This document shows, piece after piece, positions 1-13,653 of a stretch of 64,000 nucleotides of DNA. The notes under the pieces are model-generated. The model saw only the letters and a list, made by a program, of their open reading frames with translations. It was not told the DNA's origin and did not search any database. The stretch lies in the NCBI GenBank assembly GCA_964016885.1, contig CAXHJY010000767.1, positions 1 to 64,000 on the forward strand, written 5' to 3'. Every line of letters begins with the position of its first letter. Position 1 is the stretch's first letter. Both the position numbers and the translations under genes were made by a program. The DNA comes from Eledone cirrhosa. Lineage: Eukaryota.

Positions 1-342
1 GAGGAGAGAGAGAGAGGAGAGAGAGGAGAGAGAGAGAGGAGAGAGAGGAGAGAGAGAGAGGAGAGGAGAGAGAGGAGAGGAGAGAGAGGAGAGGAGAGAG
101 AGGAGAGAGAGAGAGAGAGGGAGGAGAGAGAGGAGAGGAGAGAGAGGGAGGAGAGAGAGGAGAGGAGAGAGAGAGAGAGGGAGGAGAGAGAGGGAGGAGA
201 GAGAGAGGGAGGAGAGAGAGGGAGGAGAGAGAGGGGGAGGAGAGAGAGGGGGAGGAGAGAGAGGGGGAGGAGAGAGAGGGGGAGGAGAGAGAGGGAGAGG
301 AGAGAGAGAGGGAGAGGAGAGAGAGGGGGAGGGGAGAGAGAG
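1..342. repeat. GA-rich polypurine microsatellite
   Basis: (GA)n/GGA mosaic; a similar tract lies at 50645-51008. Confidence 0.95.
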
Positions 343-361
343 AATCTAAACAAATACTCAC

Positions 362-441
362 CTACAATGGTTTTCAAATGATAAGATGACAGGCAGGTCG
401 GAAGTAATAAAAGCTGTTTCCTTAATTGCATTTATAACATC
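362..441 (-). CDS. PLCB4: PLC-beta coding exon 13 (X box); gene continues beyond the window start
   Basis: [26 protein letters not shown]; tctcag acceptor, gtgag donor; 80 nt. Confidence 0.96.
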
Positions 442-539
442 CTGAGAAAGATGGAGAAATAACGACATGAATGAACTTTAGAGAAATTAGGAACACCTTC
501 CTTTTAATTAATTTGGTAGGTATAGAAGAAGGGCCACTG

Positions 540-2222
540 CCCCATGGTCATCACAGGTCCCCATTGACTGGGGAGATGTCTGGTAGGTCTGGAGGAAGGG
601 ACAGAGCCCCATGGTCATCACAGGTCCCCATTGACTGGGGAGATGTCTGGTAGGTCTGGAGGAAGGGACAGAGCCCCATGGTCATCACAGGTCCCCATTG
701 ACTGGGGAGATGTCTGGTAGGTCTGGAGGAAGGGACAGAGCCCCATGGTCATCACAGGTCCCCGTTGACTGGGGAGATGTCTGGTAGGTCTGGAGGAAGG
801 GACAGAGCCCCATGGTCATCACAGGTCCCCGTTGACTGGGGAGATGTCTGGTAAGTCTGGAGGAAGGGACAGAGCCCCATGGTCATCACAGGTCCCCGTT
901 GACTGGGGAGATGTCTGGTAGGTCTGGAGGAAGGGACAGAGCCCCGTGGTCATCACAGGTCCCCGTTGACTGGGGAGATGTCTGGTAAGTCTGGAGGAAG
1001 GGACAGAGCCCCGTGGTCATCACAGGTCCCCGTTGACTGGGGAGATGTCTGGTAGGTCTGGAGGAAGGGACAGAGCCCCATGGTCATCACAGGTCCCCAT
1101 TGACTGGGGAGATGTCTGGTAGGTCTGGAGGAAGGGACAGAGCCCCATGGTCATCACAGGTCCCCATTGACTGGGGAGATGTCTGGTAGGTCTGGAGGAA
1201 GGGACAGAGCCCCATGGTCATCACAGGTCCCCGTTGACTGGGGAGATGTCTGGTAAGTCTGGAGGAAGGGACAGAGCCCCGTGGTCATCACAGGTCCCCG
1301 TTGACTGGGGAGATGTCTGGTAGGTCTGGAGGAAGGGACAGAGCCCCATGGTCATCACAGGTCCCCATTGACTGGGGAGATGTCTGGTAGGTCTGGAGGA
1401 AGGGACAGAGCCCCATGGTCATCACAGGTCCCCATTGACTGGGGAGATGTCTGGTAGGTCTGGAGGAAGGGACAGAGCCCCATGGTCATCACAGGTCCCC
1501 ATTGACTGGGGAGATGTCTGGTAGGTCTGGAGGAAGGGACAGAGCCCCATGGTCATCACAGGTCCCCGTTGACTGGGGAGATGTCTGGTAGGTCTGGAGG
1601 AAGGGACAGAGCCCCATGGTCATCACAGGTCCCCGTTGACTGGGGAGATGTCTGGTAAGTCTGGAGGAAGGGACAGAGCCCCATGGTCATCACAGGTCCC
1701 CGTTGACTGGGGAGATGTCTGGTAGGTCTGGAGGAAGGGACAGAGCCCCATGGCCATCACAGGTCCCCATTGACTGGGGAGATGTCTGGTAGGTCTGGAG
1801 GAAGGGACAGAGCCCCATGGTCATCACAGGTCCCCGTTGACTGGGGAGATGTCTGGTAAGTCTGGAGGAAGGGACAGAGCCCCATGGTCATCACAGGTCC
1901 CCGTTGACTGGGGAGATGTCTGGTAGGTCTGGAGGAAGGGACAGAGCCCCATGGTCATCACAGGTCCCCGTTGACTGGGGAGATGTCTGGTAGGTCTGGA
2001 GGAAGGGACAGAGCCCCATGGCCATCACAGGTCCCCATTGACTGGGGAGATGTCTGGTAGGTCTGGAGGAAGGGACAGAGCCCCATGGCCATCACAGGTC
2101 CCCGTTGACTGGGGAGATGTCTGGTAAGTCTGGAGGAAGGGACAGAGCCCCATGGTCATCACAGGTCCCCGTTGACTGGGGAGATGTCTGGTAGGTCTGG
2201 AGGAAGAGACAGTACCCCATGG
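540..2222. repeat. 67-bp minisatellite, ~25 copies
   Basis: Unit cccatggtcatcacaggtcccc[a/g]ttgactggggagatgtctggta[g/a]gtctggaggaagggacagagc. Confidence 0.97.
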
Positions 2223-2349
2223 TATTCAACGGTCCTCTTTGAATTACAGGTACAACTCATTTTTTCCAGGTGAGTGGACTGGAGCAACATGAAATAAAAA
2301 GTCTTACTCAAAGATACAACATGCTGCCAGAAACAGAAGTTACAACCTT

Positions 2350-2630
2350 GGCCTAGTGGTAAGGGTGTTGGAGCTATGATCATAATGTTGTGGGTTCGAT
2401 TCCTGGACTGGATTGTGTGTTGTGACCTTGAACAAAGCACTTCATTTCATGTTGTTCCAGTATACTCAGCACTCAGCTAAAAATGAGTGCCAGTAATAGC
2501 TGGGTGGTTAACTCTGCAATGGACTGGTGTCCTGTCCAGGGGGAAGTCTTGTACTCTCCGTCACTTCACACCTTGGAAACCAGGATAAGTACCGACCTGA
2601 TGAGATTTTGGGCTGAAGACAGACTTTAAC
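2350..2630 (+). mobile_element. tRNA-derived SINE with CORE-like centre
   Basis: A box tggcctagtggt, B box ggttcgattcc, tgtgaccttgaacaaagcactt. A related copy lies on the minus strand at ~27727-27990. Confidence 0.7.
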
Positions 2631-2693
2631 TTCTTTTTTATAACAATTATGAGAAAAAAACTTTCACCACCAAGCCAGAGGTCTTCAGAATCA

Positions 2694-2822
2694 GGATGTA
2701 TTGTATAAGGTGTAAGGTGACAGGAAGCACATACTGGATGTATTGTATAAGGTGTAAGGTGACAGGAAGCACATACTGGATGTATTGTATAAGGTGTAAG
2801 GTGACAGGAAGCACATACTAGA
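2694..2822. repeat. 42-bp tandem repeat x3
   Basis: ggatgtattgtataaggtgtaaggtgacaggaagcacatact repeated. Confidence 0.9.
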
Positions 2823-3072
2823 TGAGACATAGTGGAGCCGTTTCAACATGCTAGTGTATGTGGGGAGCAGTGAATTAATACAATGGAGCTCTATGTGGAG
2901 TAGCATAGATTACTTTCAGTTTCCTCTAGTTTGACATGTTTAGTAGACTTTGTAATATCTGCAGAAATGGGTAATATAAATCCTGTTAGGATGTAGGGTA
3001 ACAATGCTTTAACACATATAATTGACTAGTAATCCAATATACAGATTGGAATAGAGAGGTAATTAATATTTA

Positions 3073-3402
<330 letters not shown>

Positions 3403-4296
3403 CTAAATAAATGATTTAGCAGAAAATATTTAAAAACAAGTTTGCTGATTCAAAGTTTATAGTATCTTTATTAGAAGATAGATTTTGTCAAAATTTGCAA
3501 TATTAGAGTAAAGACTTATTTCAAACATGATGCAGTGATAGTGTCGTTTTGTCCTTTTCAAGAATGTTTTGCTCATGAAGCCTCATGTTATAGAGAAGGT
3601 TAAGGGTTAACTATATGTAGAGACAGGGATGACACATAAGTTAGTGTAAATAACTACATTATATATATATATATATAATGAAATCTTAGTGGGAATAAAT
3701 CACATCTGTTGGGTTATATGAGTAAGAGGAATGGATAAGAGGTGTTAGTATAAATAAAGCACATACATCTGAAGGAATATAGGAGATAGATGTTTGAATA
3801 AATTCATAACATGTTGTGATGTCGGTAACAGATATGTTATTGTAATTAGTTTAAATAACGGCACATCTAGATACAAGAAAATGTCAGTGTAAATAAAAAA
3901 ACAAACAACAAAAAAAAAAACGATATCTGGAAGAAGATGGGGGTTAACACGAGGAAGGAATGAAAATGTAGAGATGCTGGTATAAATATAACACAATAGA
4001 TGGAAACAGAGAAAGAGCACCTTCTATAAATAAACCACGTGTTTTGCAGTAGATTTAAATAGTCGCCCTGTTTAACACCACCAGTTGATCTTTAGATGTC
4101 TTTGGCAGAGTCCCAATCTGTTCTCTGTTCCAAACATTCACACAAAAACTGACATCTGAGAATTAACAGTACAGCTTGCTACTGAGGCAACGTATGAGTC
4201 AGGTTTTCTGTCCTTTCCCTCCCAATAATCCCAGTCAGGCATGTTGCCCCTTTTTCTCTAAGACATACAAAATTAATATTTAGAAAGTTATAATGA

Positions 4297-4712
4297 GGGT
4301 TGTATATGTCTAGAAAATTATACAGTGGGTTGTATATGTCTAGAAAATTATACAGTGGGTTGTATATGTCTAGAAAATTATACAGTGGGTTGTATATGTC
4401 TAGAAAATTATACAGTGGGTTGTATATGTCTAGAAAATTATGTAGAGGGTTGTATATGTCTAGAAAGTTATGTAGAGGGTTGTATATGTCTAGAAAATTA
4501 TACAGTGGGTTGTATATGTCTAGAAAATTATACAGTGGGTTGTATATGTCTAGAAAATTATACAGTGGGTTGTATATGTCTAGAAAGTTATACAGTGGGT
4601 TGTATATGTCTAGAAAATTATACAGTGGGTTGTATATGTCTAGAAAGTTATACAGTGGGTTGTATATGTCTAGAAAGTTATACAGTGGGTTGTATATGTC
4701 TAGAAAGTTATA
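4297..4712. repeat. 30-bp minisatellite, ~14 copies
   Basis: gggttgtatatgtctagaaaattatacagt. Confidence 0.95.
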
Positions 4713-4855
4713 ATAAGGATTAGAGCATTGATTGTATGAAATATGTCCCTCTGAAAGAGAAGTATTATAAGATATGGTGTAAATTTTCCATATATGGGAT
4801 GTTGGGTGTAAAAGAACCTAACAACAACAAAAAAGAGAAGAATTAAAAGCCTTAC

Positions 4856-5066
4856 CGGCATCCAGCTAAGAGGACTTGTCTATACATTTCTACGGAGGAT
4901 TTTCCTCCAAATTGTCGGCCAGTCAGGTATGTGTTGTGCGATGAGTTGATATAATAATGAGACAAGGGTTGATCCATGTCTTGGTACATGTCAAGGCGAT
5001 CCAGAAAAACTGGAGCATTATCATCAGACATCAGATATCGACAGAAGCCATCTAAACTAAGACATT
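4856..5066 (-). CDS. PLCB4: PLC-beta coding exon 11 (EF4 and start of catalytic X box)
   Basis: [69 protein letters not shown](R), including the catalytic SSHNTY motif; 211 nt. Confidence 0.97.
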
Positions 5067-5311
5067 CTGAAAGATGAAAAGAAGGAGAAGACCAACGTTT
5101 AATAAATCATATGTTTATATATATATATATACTAAAATTATATTAAAGATGTCATGTCTAAGAATATCAGAAGCATGTGCCATATCACCTGTGGAATAAG
5201 CTCAAAGTTTCCAAGTAATAAATCCGACCATTTATTAACATTAAATAAAAATAAAAACCGAATGACATATATATATATATATAAAATAAACACATCAAAC
5301 AATTAAAGGGC

Positions 5312-5353
<42 letters not shown>

Positions 5354-5883
5354 TTCAAGGAGGCAACAAACAGAGGTACAAAAATGTGTATTTAACAACA
5401 TGTATATCTACACACAATGTAACATATTTTGTAATGACACTTAAATGAGCCAGTGTAATTTCTGTCGATATGATAATTATATTTTACATTTTATGGAACA
5501 GAACTCATGACATATAACAATTAATACTGCTACATACTAATATATACACCATTAGTATATATACCACACTAGTATATACATTGTAGTTGAAAAGCAGCAG
5601 ATTTTGTGGGTGTCTAACATCAAAATAGTAGCTATTACTGAAGTTTGGGCATTAACACTTAACATCCTGCAATGATTCAGCAGAAAATCAGCTAAAACCT
5701 AGCTTCTTAATTTAAATATTTATAGTATTTTTATAATGAACAGATTCTTGCGAAAATTTATGAAATTAACCCTTAACACCCTGTTATGATTTAGCAGAAT
5801 TTGTTAATTCAGATGTTTATCTTTACTAGTTGACAAATTGTAGCAAACATTTGTAGTATTAACTCTTAAAATCCTGTAATTAT

Positions 5884-6111
5884 TTAACCCTTTAGCATTT
5901 AAACTGGCCATATCTGGCCAGAATTTTCTCATCTTTTTCTATTCAAACTGGCCATACCCAGCTACTCATACAGATGTTAAGGTATTGTTTTCAAAATAAA
6001 TAATATTAAAATCACATAGTTTCGATATTATGTGAGATAGTATGGGAAATAAAGTGTTTACTGTGAAAATATAATAGTAAATATAGAGTAATGTAAATAC
6101 TAAAGGGTTAA
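5884..6111. mobile_element. piggyBac-type MITE (220 bp between TTAA sites)
   Basis: TTAA|CCCTTTAGCATT ... AATACTAAAGGG|TTAA; homologous copies elsewhere in the window. Confidence 0.8.
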
Positions 6112-6940
6112 CAGAAAATATCCAAAAACATGTTTGTTAATTCAAATATTTATAGTATCTTTAACTAGAGGAGAGATTGTTGCAGTATTAACTCTTAATA
6201 TCTTGTTAAATAATTTAGTAGAAAATATTTTAAAATGGACTTGTTAATTCTAATATTTATAGTATATTTACTAGTGGACAGATTGTAGTGAAAATTTAGT
6301 GTATTAACTCTTAATATCATTATAATTTAGTAGAATATATCTAAAACCAGGTTTGTTAATTCAAATATTTATAGTATCTTTACTGAACAGATGCAGGTTG
6401 GGGTGAACATTTTTAGTTTTAATTCTTAACATCCTGTTATGATTCTGCTTACCTTATCTACCCAGATGGCATGACCGTGATACACATATACACACATACA
6501 TAAATAAATACAGACACAATACTGATACACACAGACACACATCCTGATGCCTATAAACATCAAAATATAACGTAAGATATAGGCCGGCAAATACAGTATA
6601 TTGTTGTTAATAATTTAGCATTAAAAATCGTGAAAAAATATATATTGCCACGAAAAAAGCCATTAAAAATGTGTGGAAGATATTTACGATTCTGCGAATA
6701 TGTGGTGGTTTCCAGGAAGAATTATTAGTTAGGTTCTAAGGAACATCCCATAAATAACCAGGACCACAAGTGTTGGGGCTGCGAATGCTGAAGGTACACT
6801 GTATAGTGAAGCGAAAACCAACCCAAACCAAATGGTGTGTTTTACTATATATTTCTGGCAATATAACAACATGACCTTCCCCAAATATAACGAGATATAT
6901 TAAAGTAAAGAATAAAAATAAATAATGGAGGAGGAATCAC

Positions 6941-7049
6941 CTTTTTTCTTCATTTCGTCACTCTCCTCATACTGAGAGACAATCTGAACGATACGGTTAC
7001 GATCATAAAAGGGGAAGAGAATCTCATTTAATCTGGGGTCACGTTGTCT
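6941..7049 (-). CDS. PLCB4: PLC-beta coding exon 10
   Basis: [36 protein letters not shown](E), with the PLC-beta [10 protein letters not shown] motif; ttccag acceptor, gtgatt donor; 109 nt. Confidence 0.95.
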
Positions 7050-7170
7050 CTGGAAAACAAAATATAGGGTCAGTGGTGGTGGTGGTAGTGGGGATATTGG
7101 TAGGTGGGGTGGGTTTTGATGTTGGTGGTGGTGGTGGTGGTAGTGGGCATGTTGATGGGGACATTGGTGT

Positions 7171-7213
<43 letters not shown>

Positions 7214-7869
7214 GTTATAGAGTGGGGGGGGAGAGCAGAGAGATAGGAGGAAATAGGGGGAGCAAAAGAGGGTGAGAAGGAGAAATATGAGAGAATATAG
7301 GCAAAATAAATTTGGTATATAAACTGTTTTGGGATAGACATTACATCGGTAGGATGTGATTAGGGTGCAGAGAACAGTGAGAGCAAAGAAGAAGTTTTCT
7401 CACTGACCCTCAGACCATTTTCATGTCAACTTCACTAATGAGGCTGATATGGAAAGGAAGAAGGAAACAGAGAAACCTTCCTGTTGCCCCCAATATAACT
7501 GTTCGCATAACACCACCATCATCATCAGAGGGAAACATATTTTTAGGGAGGAATAAAAATAAAATAAAAAAAAAAAGGAAAATAAAAATCAGATCATGAA
7601 AGATCTGTCATACCATATTGAAGAATTTATGTTGGAACTTCAGAGTTGGAAACCTTCAAGTTGTTATTCTATCATGAATCTGACTGTTCACTTTCCTGAC
7701 ATTTCAACATTATTCTATGTATTATACATGCACCTTTGATGAGTTGTAGTGCACCTGAGCACTGTACACAATAATTTCCATTATCATTATCTATATATAT
7801 GTATTCCTGTAGTTATTGTTGTAATTCTTGTATAATAACTATATTTATTTAACATTGTTATTGTAATAT

Positions 7870-7908
<39 letters not shown>

Positions 7909-8167
7909 AAGATTTCATTCATGAAGAAATTTCCAGTTGAGATTATTTGGTTTAACTTTTTTAATTCTCTCTTTCATGGAGATCTGCTATGAAGAAGTTT
8001 CAGACAAGAAGAAGTTTCAGACATGAAGAAGTTTCCAGTTATGTGATTTTTTCGTATATTTTCTTTATTTTCTTTAATTCTTTCTTCTTTCATGGAGCTC
8101 TGTTGTGAAGAATGAGGAAAGATCCACAGTTTACAATGTGTTTTTTTATGGTCCTTTAGATTCCTTG

Positions 8168-8510
8168 GTGCAGTACATGTAGCAGAAGCTGTAGTGCTCT
8201 ATTGCAGATCCCTGCAGTACATGTGGTAGAAGCTGGTAGTGCTCTATTGCAGATTCCTGCAGTACATGTGGTAGAAGCTGGTAGTGCTCTATTGCAGATT
8301 CCTGCAGTACATGTGGTAGAAGCTGTAGTGCTCTATTGCAGATTGCTGCAGTACATGTGGTAGAAGCTGGTAGTGCTCTATTGCAGATTCCTGCAGTACA
8401 TGTGGTAGAAGCTGGTAGTGCTCTATTGCAGATTCCTGCAGTACATGTGGTAGAAGCTGTAGTGCTCTATTGCAGATTCCTGCAGTACATGTGGTAGAAG
8501 CTGCAGTGTT
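8168..8510. repeat. ~48-bp minisatellite, ~7 copies
   Basis: tgcagtacatgtggtagaagctggtagtgctctattgcagattcc repeated. Confidence 0.9.
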
Positions 8511-8677
8511 CTGGGTGCAGTGTGATAACTTCTACTTTGTTTTCCTATTGATCACCCTACCTGAGTCTGTCAAACTACTGTTCACTGCAACTGCTAACAG
8601 TTGCATGTGGTGCACATCTCCAAGTAGCTGTTAACTACCTTGGTAGAAATCTATGTTGTGGTGTGTAAGTGCTGCTG

Positions 8678-9060
8678 ACTGCAACTGTTGTTGTAGTTGT
8701 AGATAGTGCATCTGTTGTAGATAGTGCAACTGTTGTTGTAGATAGTACAACTGTTGTAGATAGTGCAACTGTTGTTGTTGTTGTAGATAGTGGAACTGTT
8801 GTTGCAGATAGTGGAACTGTTGTTGCAGATAGTGGAACTGTTGTTGCAGATAGTGGAACTGTTGTTGCAGATAGTGCAGCTGTTGTTGCAGATAGTGCAA
8901 CTGTTGTAGATAGTGCAACTGTTGTTGTTGTTGTTGTAGATAGTGTAACTGTTGTTGTTGTTGTAGATAGTGGAACTGTTGTTGTTGTTGTAGATAGTGC
9001 AACTGTTGTTGTTGTTGTAGTTAGTGCAACTGAAGTTGTAGACAGTGCAACTGCAGTTGT
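8678..9060. repeat. Compound (TTG)n / gatagtgcaact tandem repeat
   Basis: Variable-length units; source of the spurious poly-Q/HYL ORFs. Confidence 0.9.
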
Positions 9061-9323
9061 AGCTAGTGAAACTGCACACTGTTTTTGGCTACTTACCTAA
9101 GTGCAAAATGCAGAAAAATTATATTTTTTGTGCTTTGCTTCTTATTTCTATATTTCTTATTTGCCATTTTACAACTGTTAGTTCTTAGTTTAGACAGAGA
9201 GTATGAGTGTGTATGTGTTTCTGTGTGGGTGGGTGTGTTTCCATGTATGTGTGTGTTTCTATGTATATGTTTCTGTGTGGGTGTGTATGTTTCCATGTAT
9301 GTGTTTCTGTGTGTGTGTGTTTC

Positions 9324-9380
<57 letters not shown>

Positions 9381-9839
9381 CCATGTATGTGTGTCTGTGT
9401 GCAGTGCACAAGCTTAGTACAGAAAGACAGGTGTAAGAACAGAAACTATCATCATCATCATCATCACTATGTACATCACTATATTGCACTGCTGTACGAG
9501 AGGTTGTGGAGTGTATTGTGGTGAGGGATATAAGCCAGGTAAGTGAGGAGAGCGAGGTTGACAGCGAACTAGAATACCAACAGAGTTTCAACTTACATCC
9601 TCAACTAACTGAAATAACTCCCTTAAGGTGTTCAGGTAAAAAATAAAACATTTTAACATTTCTAGCTCAATATATATTTTTTATGAAAGGTCCAGTTTAG
9701 AGTTTGATAAAATACATACCAGTTATATATCAAGGTGGGTTCATTTGACTATAACACCACTATTTTATAAATTTGGGATTTTATACTCAAGTTTAAAAAT
9801 CATTTATATCAACTACAGCCAAACTGTAAATGGGTTTCA

Positions 9840-10182
9840 CATCTATGGAGGAAGAAGGATTGCTACATGTCCTACATGACTACATCACATCCATGGAGTA
9901 AGGATTGCTACATGTCCTACATCACATCCATGGGGGAAGAAGGATTGCTACATGTCCTACATCTCATTTATGGAGGAAAAAGGATTGCTACATGTCCTAC
10001 ATGACTACATCACATCCATGGAGGAAGAAGGATTGCTACATGTCCTACATAACTACATCACATCCATGGAGGAAGAAGGATTGCTACATGTCCTACATAA
10101 CTACATCTCATCCACGGAGGAAGAAAGATTGCTACATGTCCTACATGACTACGTCTCATCCATGGAGGAAGAAGGATTGCTA
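9840..10182. repeat. ~51-bp minisatellite
   Basis: catggaggaagaaggattgctacatgtcctacatgactacatcacatc repeated about 7 times. Confidence 0.88.
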
Positions 10183-10261
10183 CTTACTCCCTCCCCCCTC
10201 CCAATATATTACCCCACCCTCCTAATATACCTACCTCCCCCCACCCTCCCAATATACTTAC

Positions 10262-10316
10262 TTCATTGAAGAAATCAATAAGTTGATTCACCGTCAAGAA
10301 TGTTTTATCGCCGCTT
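10262..10316 (-). CDS. PLCB4: PLC-beta coding exon 9
   Basis: (L)[18 protein letters not shown]; attcag acceptor, gtaag donor; 55 nt. Confidence 0.93.
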
Positions 10317-10578
10317 CTGAATAACAAAAGAAAGGAAAACAATAAACTTTAGATCACACACACACACACACACACACAAAGACACACAAACACAGACACA
10401 CAAACACAGGCTCACACAAACCCAGACAGACTCCGACACACACACACACATAAATACCCCCAGACACACACACAAATAAACACAAACAAACTTACAGACG
10501 CACACAAACAGACACACACAAACACACTTACAGAGACAGACACATATACACATCAAAACTAAAAGCTGAATTACTTAC

Positions 10579-10679
10579 AGCTCTTTAAAAAGTTCCTCAA
10601 TATCGGAACGAGGACAAATTTTATGATAAAGATCATAAAACTTATCAAATGTGAATGCGGATCGTTCTATTTCTTCATT
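10579..10679 (-). CDS. PLCB4: PLC-beta coding exon 8
   Basis: [33 protein letters not shown](L); tttcag acceptor, gtaag donor; 101 nt. Confidence 0.95.
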
Positions 10680-10785
10680 CTGAAAACAACAACAACATTA
10701 GTTTAATTCAATAAATTAAGCCCTTTAATGTATCAATTATTAATATATTTGAAATAATTAAAATTATAGTCATCAAATATGACAT

Positions 10786-11013
10786 TTAACTCTTTAGTAT
10801 TCACATTACTCTATATATACTATTATATTTTCATGGTAAATGCTTTACCTCACATAATTATCTCACATAATATCGAATCTATGAGATTTTGAAAGTATTT
10901 ATTTTGAGAACAATACCTTAACATCAGTTTGAACGACCAGTTACAGCCAGTTTCAACAGAAAGAGGTAGAGAATTCTGGCTGGTTTGGGCCGGTTTGAAC
11001 ATTAAAGGGTTAA
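10786..11013. mobile_element. piggyBac-type MITE, inverted relative to the 5884 copy
   Basis: TTAA|CTCTTTAGTATT ... CATTAAAGGG|TTAA; 220 bp. Confidence 0.78.
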
Positions 11014-11314
11014 ATATAAAAGAGATTTTCTTTTAAAGAATTGCTGGACAGATTTTACGGGCAAAACCAATAGGTAGGGGACCCAGGCGTAGAGCCCAAG
11101 CAAGATGGTTGGATAACATCTATCAGCTTGGATGGTCATGCTTGGGAATCCAGCTGGATCAGTTGGAGATGGTTGCTTCTGACAGGACCTGCTGGTGGGA
11201 GTGTTTGAGGACTCTGGCCCAACGGCCCTCTCGGGAATAAGTGGGCAAAGAAGAAGTAATTTTTTAAAAAATTAAAGAGAAATAAAAAAAAAAGTCTTTT
11301 ATAGTAGCTCTTAC

Positions 11315-11396
11315 TTTGCCACCAGGGAGTCCTAAGTCCTTTAAACATTGCATAATCATCTTCTCTGTTCTTCCAGATGCAAATGTACGGGTGATA
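11315..11396 (-). CDS. PLCB4: PLC-beta coding exon 7
   Basis: (S)[27 protein letters not shown]; ttccag acceptor, gtaag donor; 82 nt. Confidence 0.95.
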
Positions 11397-12066
11397 CTGG
11401 AATGATAGAAAAACAAAAACTAAATATTAGTTGTTGCTTGGCTTCAGGTTCTCCCTGACCATAGAAAAACATTCTAGATGTGACCAGCTTGCTTTTTTCT
11501 GGTTATGTCTAGGATTTTGTTCAACCTCACCATCATCATTATCATCATTTAACCTCTGTTTGCAAGTGATTGACGGGTTTTCACAGACCAAGTCAGTACC
11601 CAAGCAGGGCTACTGACATCCAGACAGGCGGGGGTCTGTATCTCACTAACATGTGGTACTTTCTCTATTGAATACATTTTATCATGGTACCAGCACTAGA
11701 GAGGTGTTTTTGACACAACTGAAGGGTCCTCCCAACCTTTTGTTAGGCAGGTTTTCTCTGGCTCAATGCCCTTCCTATCAACAACAGCTTTGTGATTTTA
11801 CAGATTCTGTAAAATCATTGAGTGAGTAGAAAATTTGGTGGGCTAGTACGAATTTAATTTGTCTAGTTCATTATACTTTATATATATATATACACATATA
11901 TATAAAGACATTTTCAAATAATAAAGTTGGAAAAGGGGTAGGTGAAAAAGTTATATCACCTCAAAATATGATAATTTATTATAATAAACTGTACATATAA
12001 TATTAAAAAACAACTATATGAACTCCTACTCAGATTATTCACACATAGAGCACGTTGTCCATTAAA

Positions 12067-12305
12067 ATATGTTACCAAACAATTATTTACATTATAATTT
12101 AATTTACAACTGTTTCATCCTCGTGGGACTTATCAGAATCAATAAGTTTTGTAAAACGTAAACAAAATTCTATGGATTTTTTGTGTGCTCGAAAAGATGA
12201 ACTTGTTGAGGCATTTATTTATAAAATGATTGCCTCTGGTGCGTCCCATGAGGATGAAACAATTGTAAATTAAATTATGATGTAAATAAGTGTTTGGTAA
12301 TATAT
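12067..12305. mobile_element. Fold-back Penelope-like terminal fragment with degenerate hammerhead motifs
   Basis: ~63-bp inverted arms at 12067-12129 and 12243-12305. Each holds gtcc-loop-ggat GAAA ca[a/g]ttg TA, preceded by a mutated core (ctgataa, ctggtgc). Confidence 0.6.
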
Positions 12306-12402
12306 ATATATATATGCAAGGGCGGTGCCCCAGCATGGCCTCAGCCGGATGGCTGAAACAGGTAAAAGGGTAAAAGAGTATATATATTACATTATCATTT
12401 TT

Positions 12403-12741
12403 CATCATCATCATTTCATTTTACGTCCACTTTTCCCTGCTTGCAAGGGTGGGACGGGAACTGATTCTGGCTTGATTTCTACAGCTGGATGCCCTTCCTA
12501 ACACCAACCTCATTTACAGTGAGTGCTGGGTGCTTTTTTGCCGTGGCACCTGCACGACCACTTTACAGTGGAATGATAGGGACCCCAGTCCCTATCATCT
12601 CATTTCTACAGCTGAGTAAACTGGAGCAATGTGAAATAAAGTGTCTTGCTCAAGGAAACAACACATCACCCGGTCTGAGAATTGAACTCACAACCTTTCG
12701 AATGCCAGTCCATTGCTCTAACCACTAAGCCATGTGCCTCC
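12403..12741 (-). mobile_element. Full-length SINE (tRNA head + CORE-like centre + RTE-derived tail)
   Basis: ggaggcacatggcttagtggttagagc ... gagttcaattc ... ccttgagcaagacact ... gttaggaagggcatccagctgtagaaa ... (GAT)n. Confidence 0.88.
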
Positions 12742-13088
12742 ATTACATATTATATTATTTAACAATGATAACAAAGGCAAGTTATTTTACATATTTCATT
12801 CATTGTTTACAATCGTATCGGAGGGTTGATCATATTGATATATTGACTGATCCATAGCAGTTAGAGAACTGTGTACTATCAGACATAATATATGGGTTAG
12901 ATCATACCATCTTCTTCGGAAACAATGCAGTTAGAATCACAGGATCTCACTGAACTACATGCTAACGGATTACATTGAATTCTAACTACAGTAAAGACCC
13001 TACCACGAAAGGTAGACCACATTATATATATACATCAGGGGCTGTAGTATCAAATCATGTGACAGACGTAGAAGTTTCTCCCCCTTAC

Positions 13089-13142
13089 CTTCTTACCGGG
13101 ATTTTACCACTAGGGTTCACCATTAGACAAAGTTTTAACCAA
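13089..13142 (-). CDS. PLCB4: PLC-beta coding exon 6 (EF-hand region)
   Basis: (H)WLKLCLMVNPSGKIPVR(S); tttcag acceptor, gtaag donor; 54 nt, phase 2/2. Confidence 0.93.
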
Positions 13143-13653
13143 CTGAAAGAAAAGAAATATTACAAGATTAATAAATACGTTTGCTACGTGAATTTATTTG
13201 GACACTATGAAGCACTCATACATGTGTGTGTGTGTGTGTTTGTGTGTGTGATTATGTGTGTGTGATTGTGTGTATGAGTGTGTGTTTTGTGTGACTGTGT
13301 GTGTGTGTGTGTGTGTGATTGTGTGTATGTGTGTATATGGTTATTACAGCCAGATGCCTTTCTTAACTCCAATCACTTCATGGCGTGTACTGGGTTTGTT
13401 TTCTTATGGCACGACTACCGCCAGACAGTCTAGATTGTGTTTTGGTCATGGCACAGCAATATATATATATACATAAATATACATACATAGTTCAACATAT
13501 CTGATTACATGCGACACGGACATATCACTTTCACATCAGCTAACTGATTATACATATATCCATGTATATATTGCTATTTCAGAGCACCATCCTAATACCT
13601 AATCGCTCTGTATAATCAGCTCCTGATTATTACTGGAATTCTATAAGAATCCA

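Noticed and set aside
540-2222. Regular arrays (67, 31, 47 and 57 bp) as CRISPR-like loci
   Set aside because: Units are contiguous with no unique spacers, there are no cas genes, and the context is a eukaryotic intron.
2590-2630. CTGATGA as a hammerhead core
   Set aside because: No stem II-GAAA-NUH follows; it is part of a SINE tail. The same applies to ctgatga at ~13993, and to the minus-strand cores at ~18497 and ~23557.
8631-9100. Poly-Q/HYL and poly-V ORFs
   Set aside because: Translations of a (TTG)n-derived repeat inside PLC intron 9.
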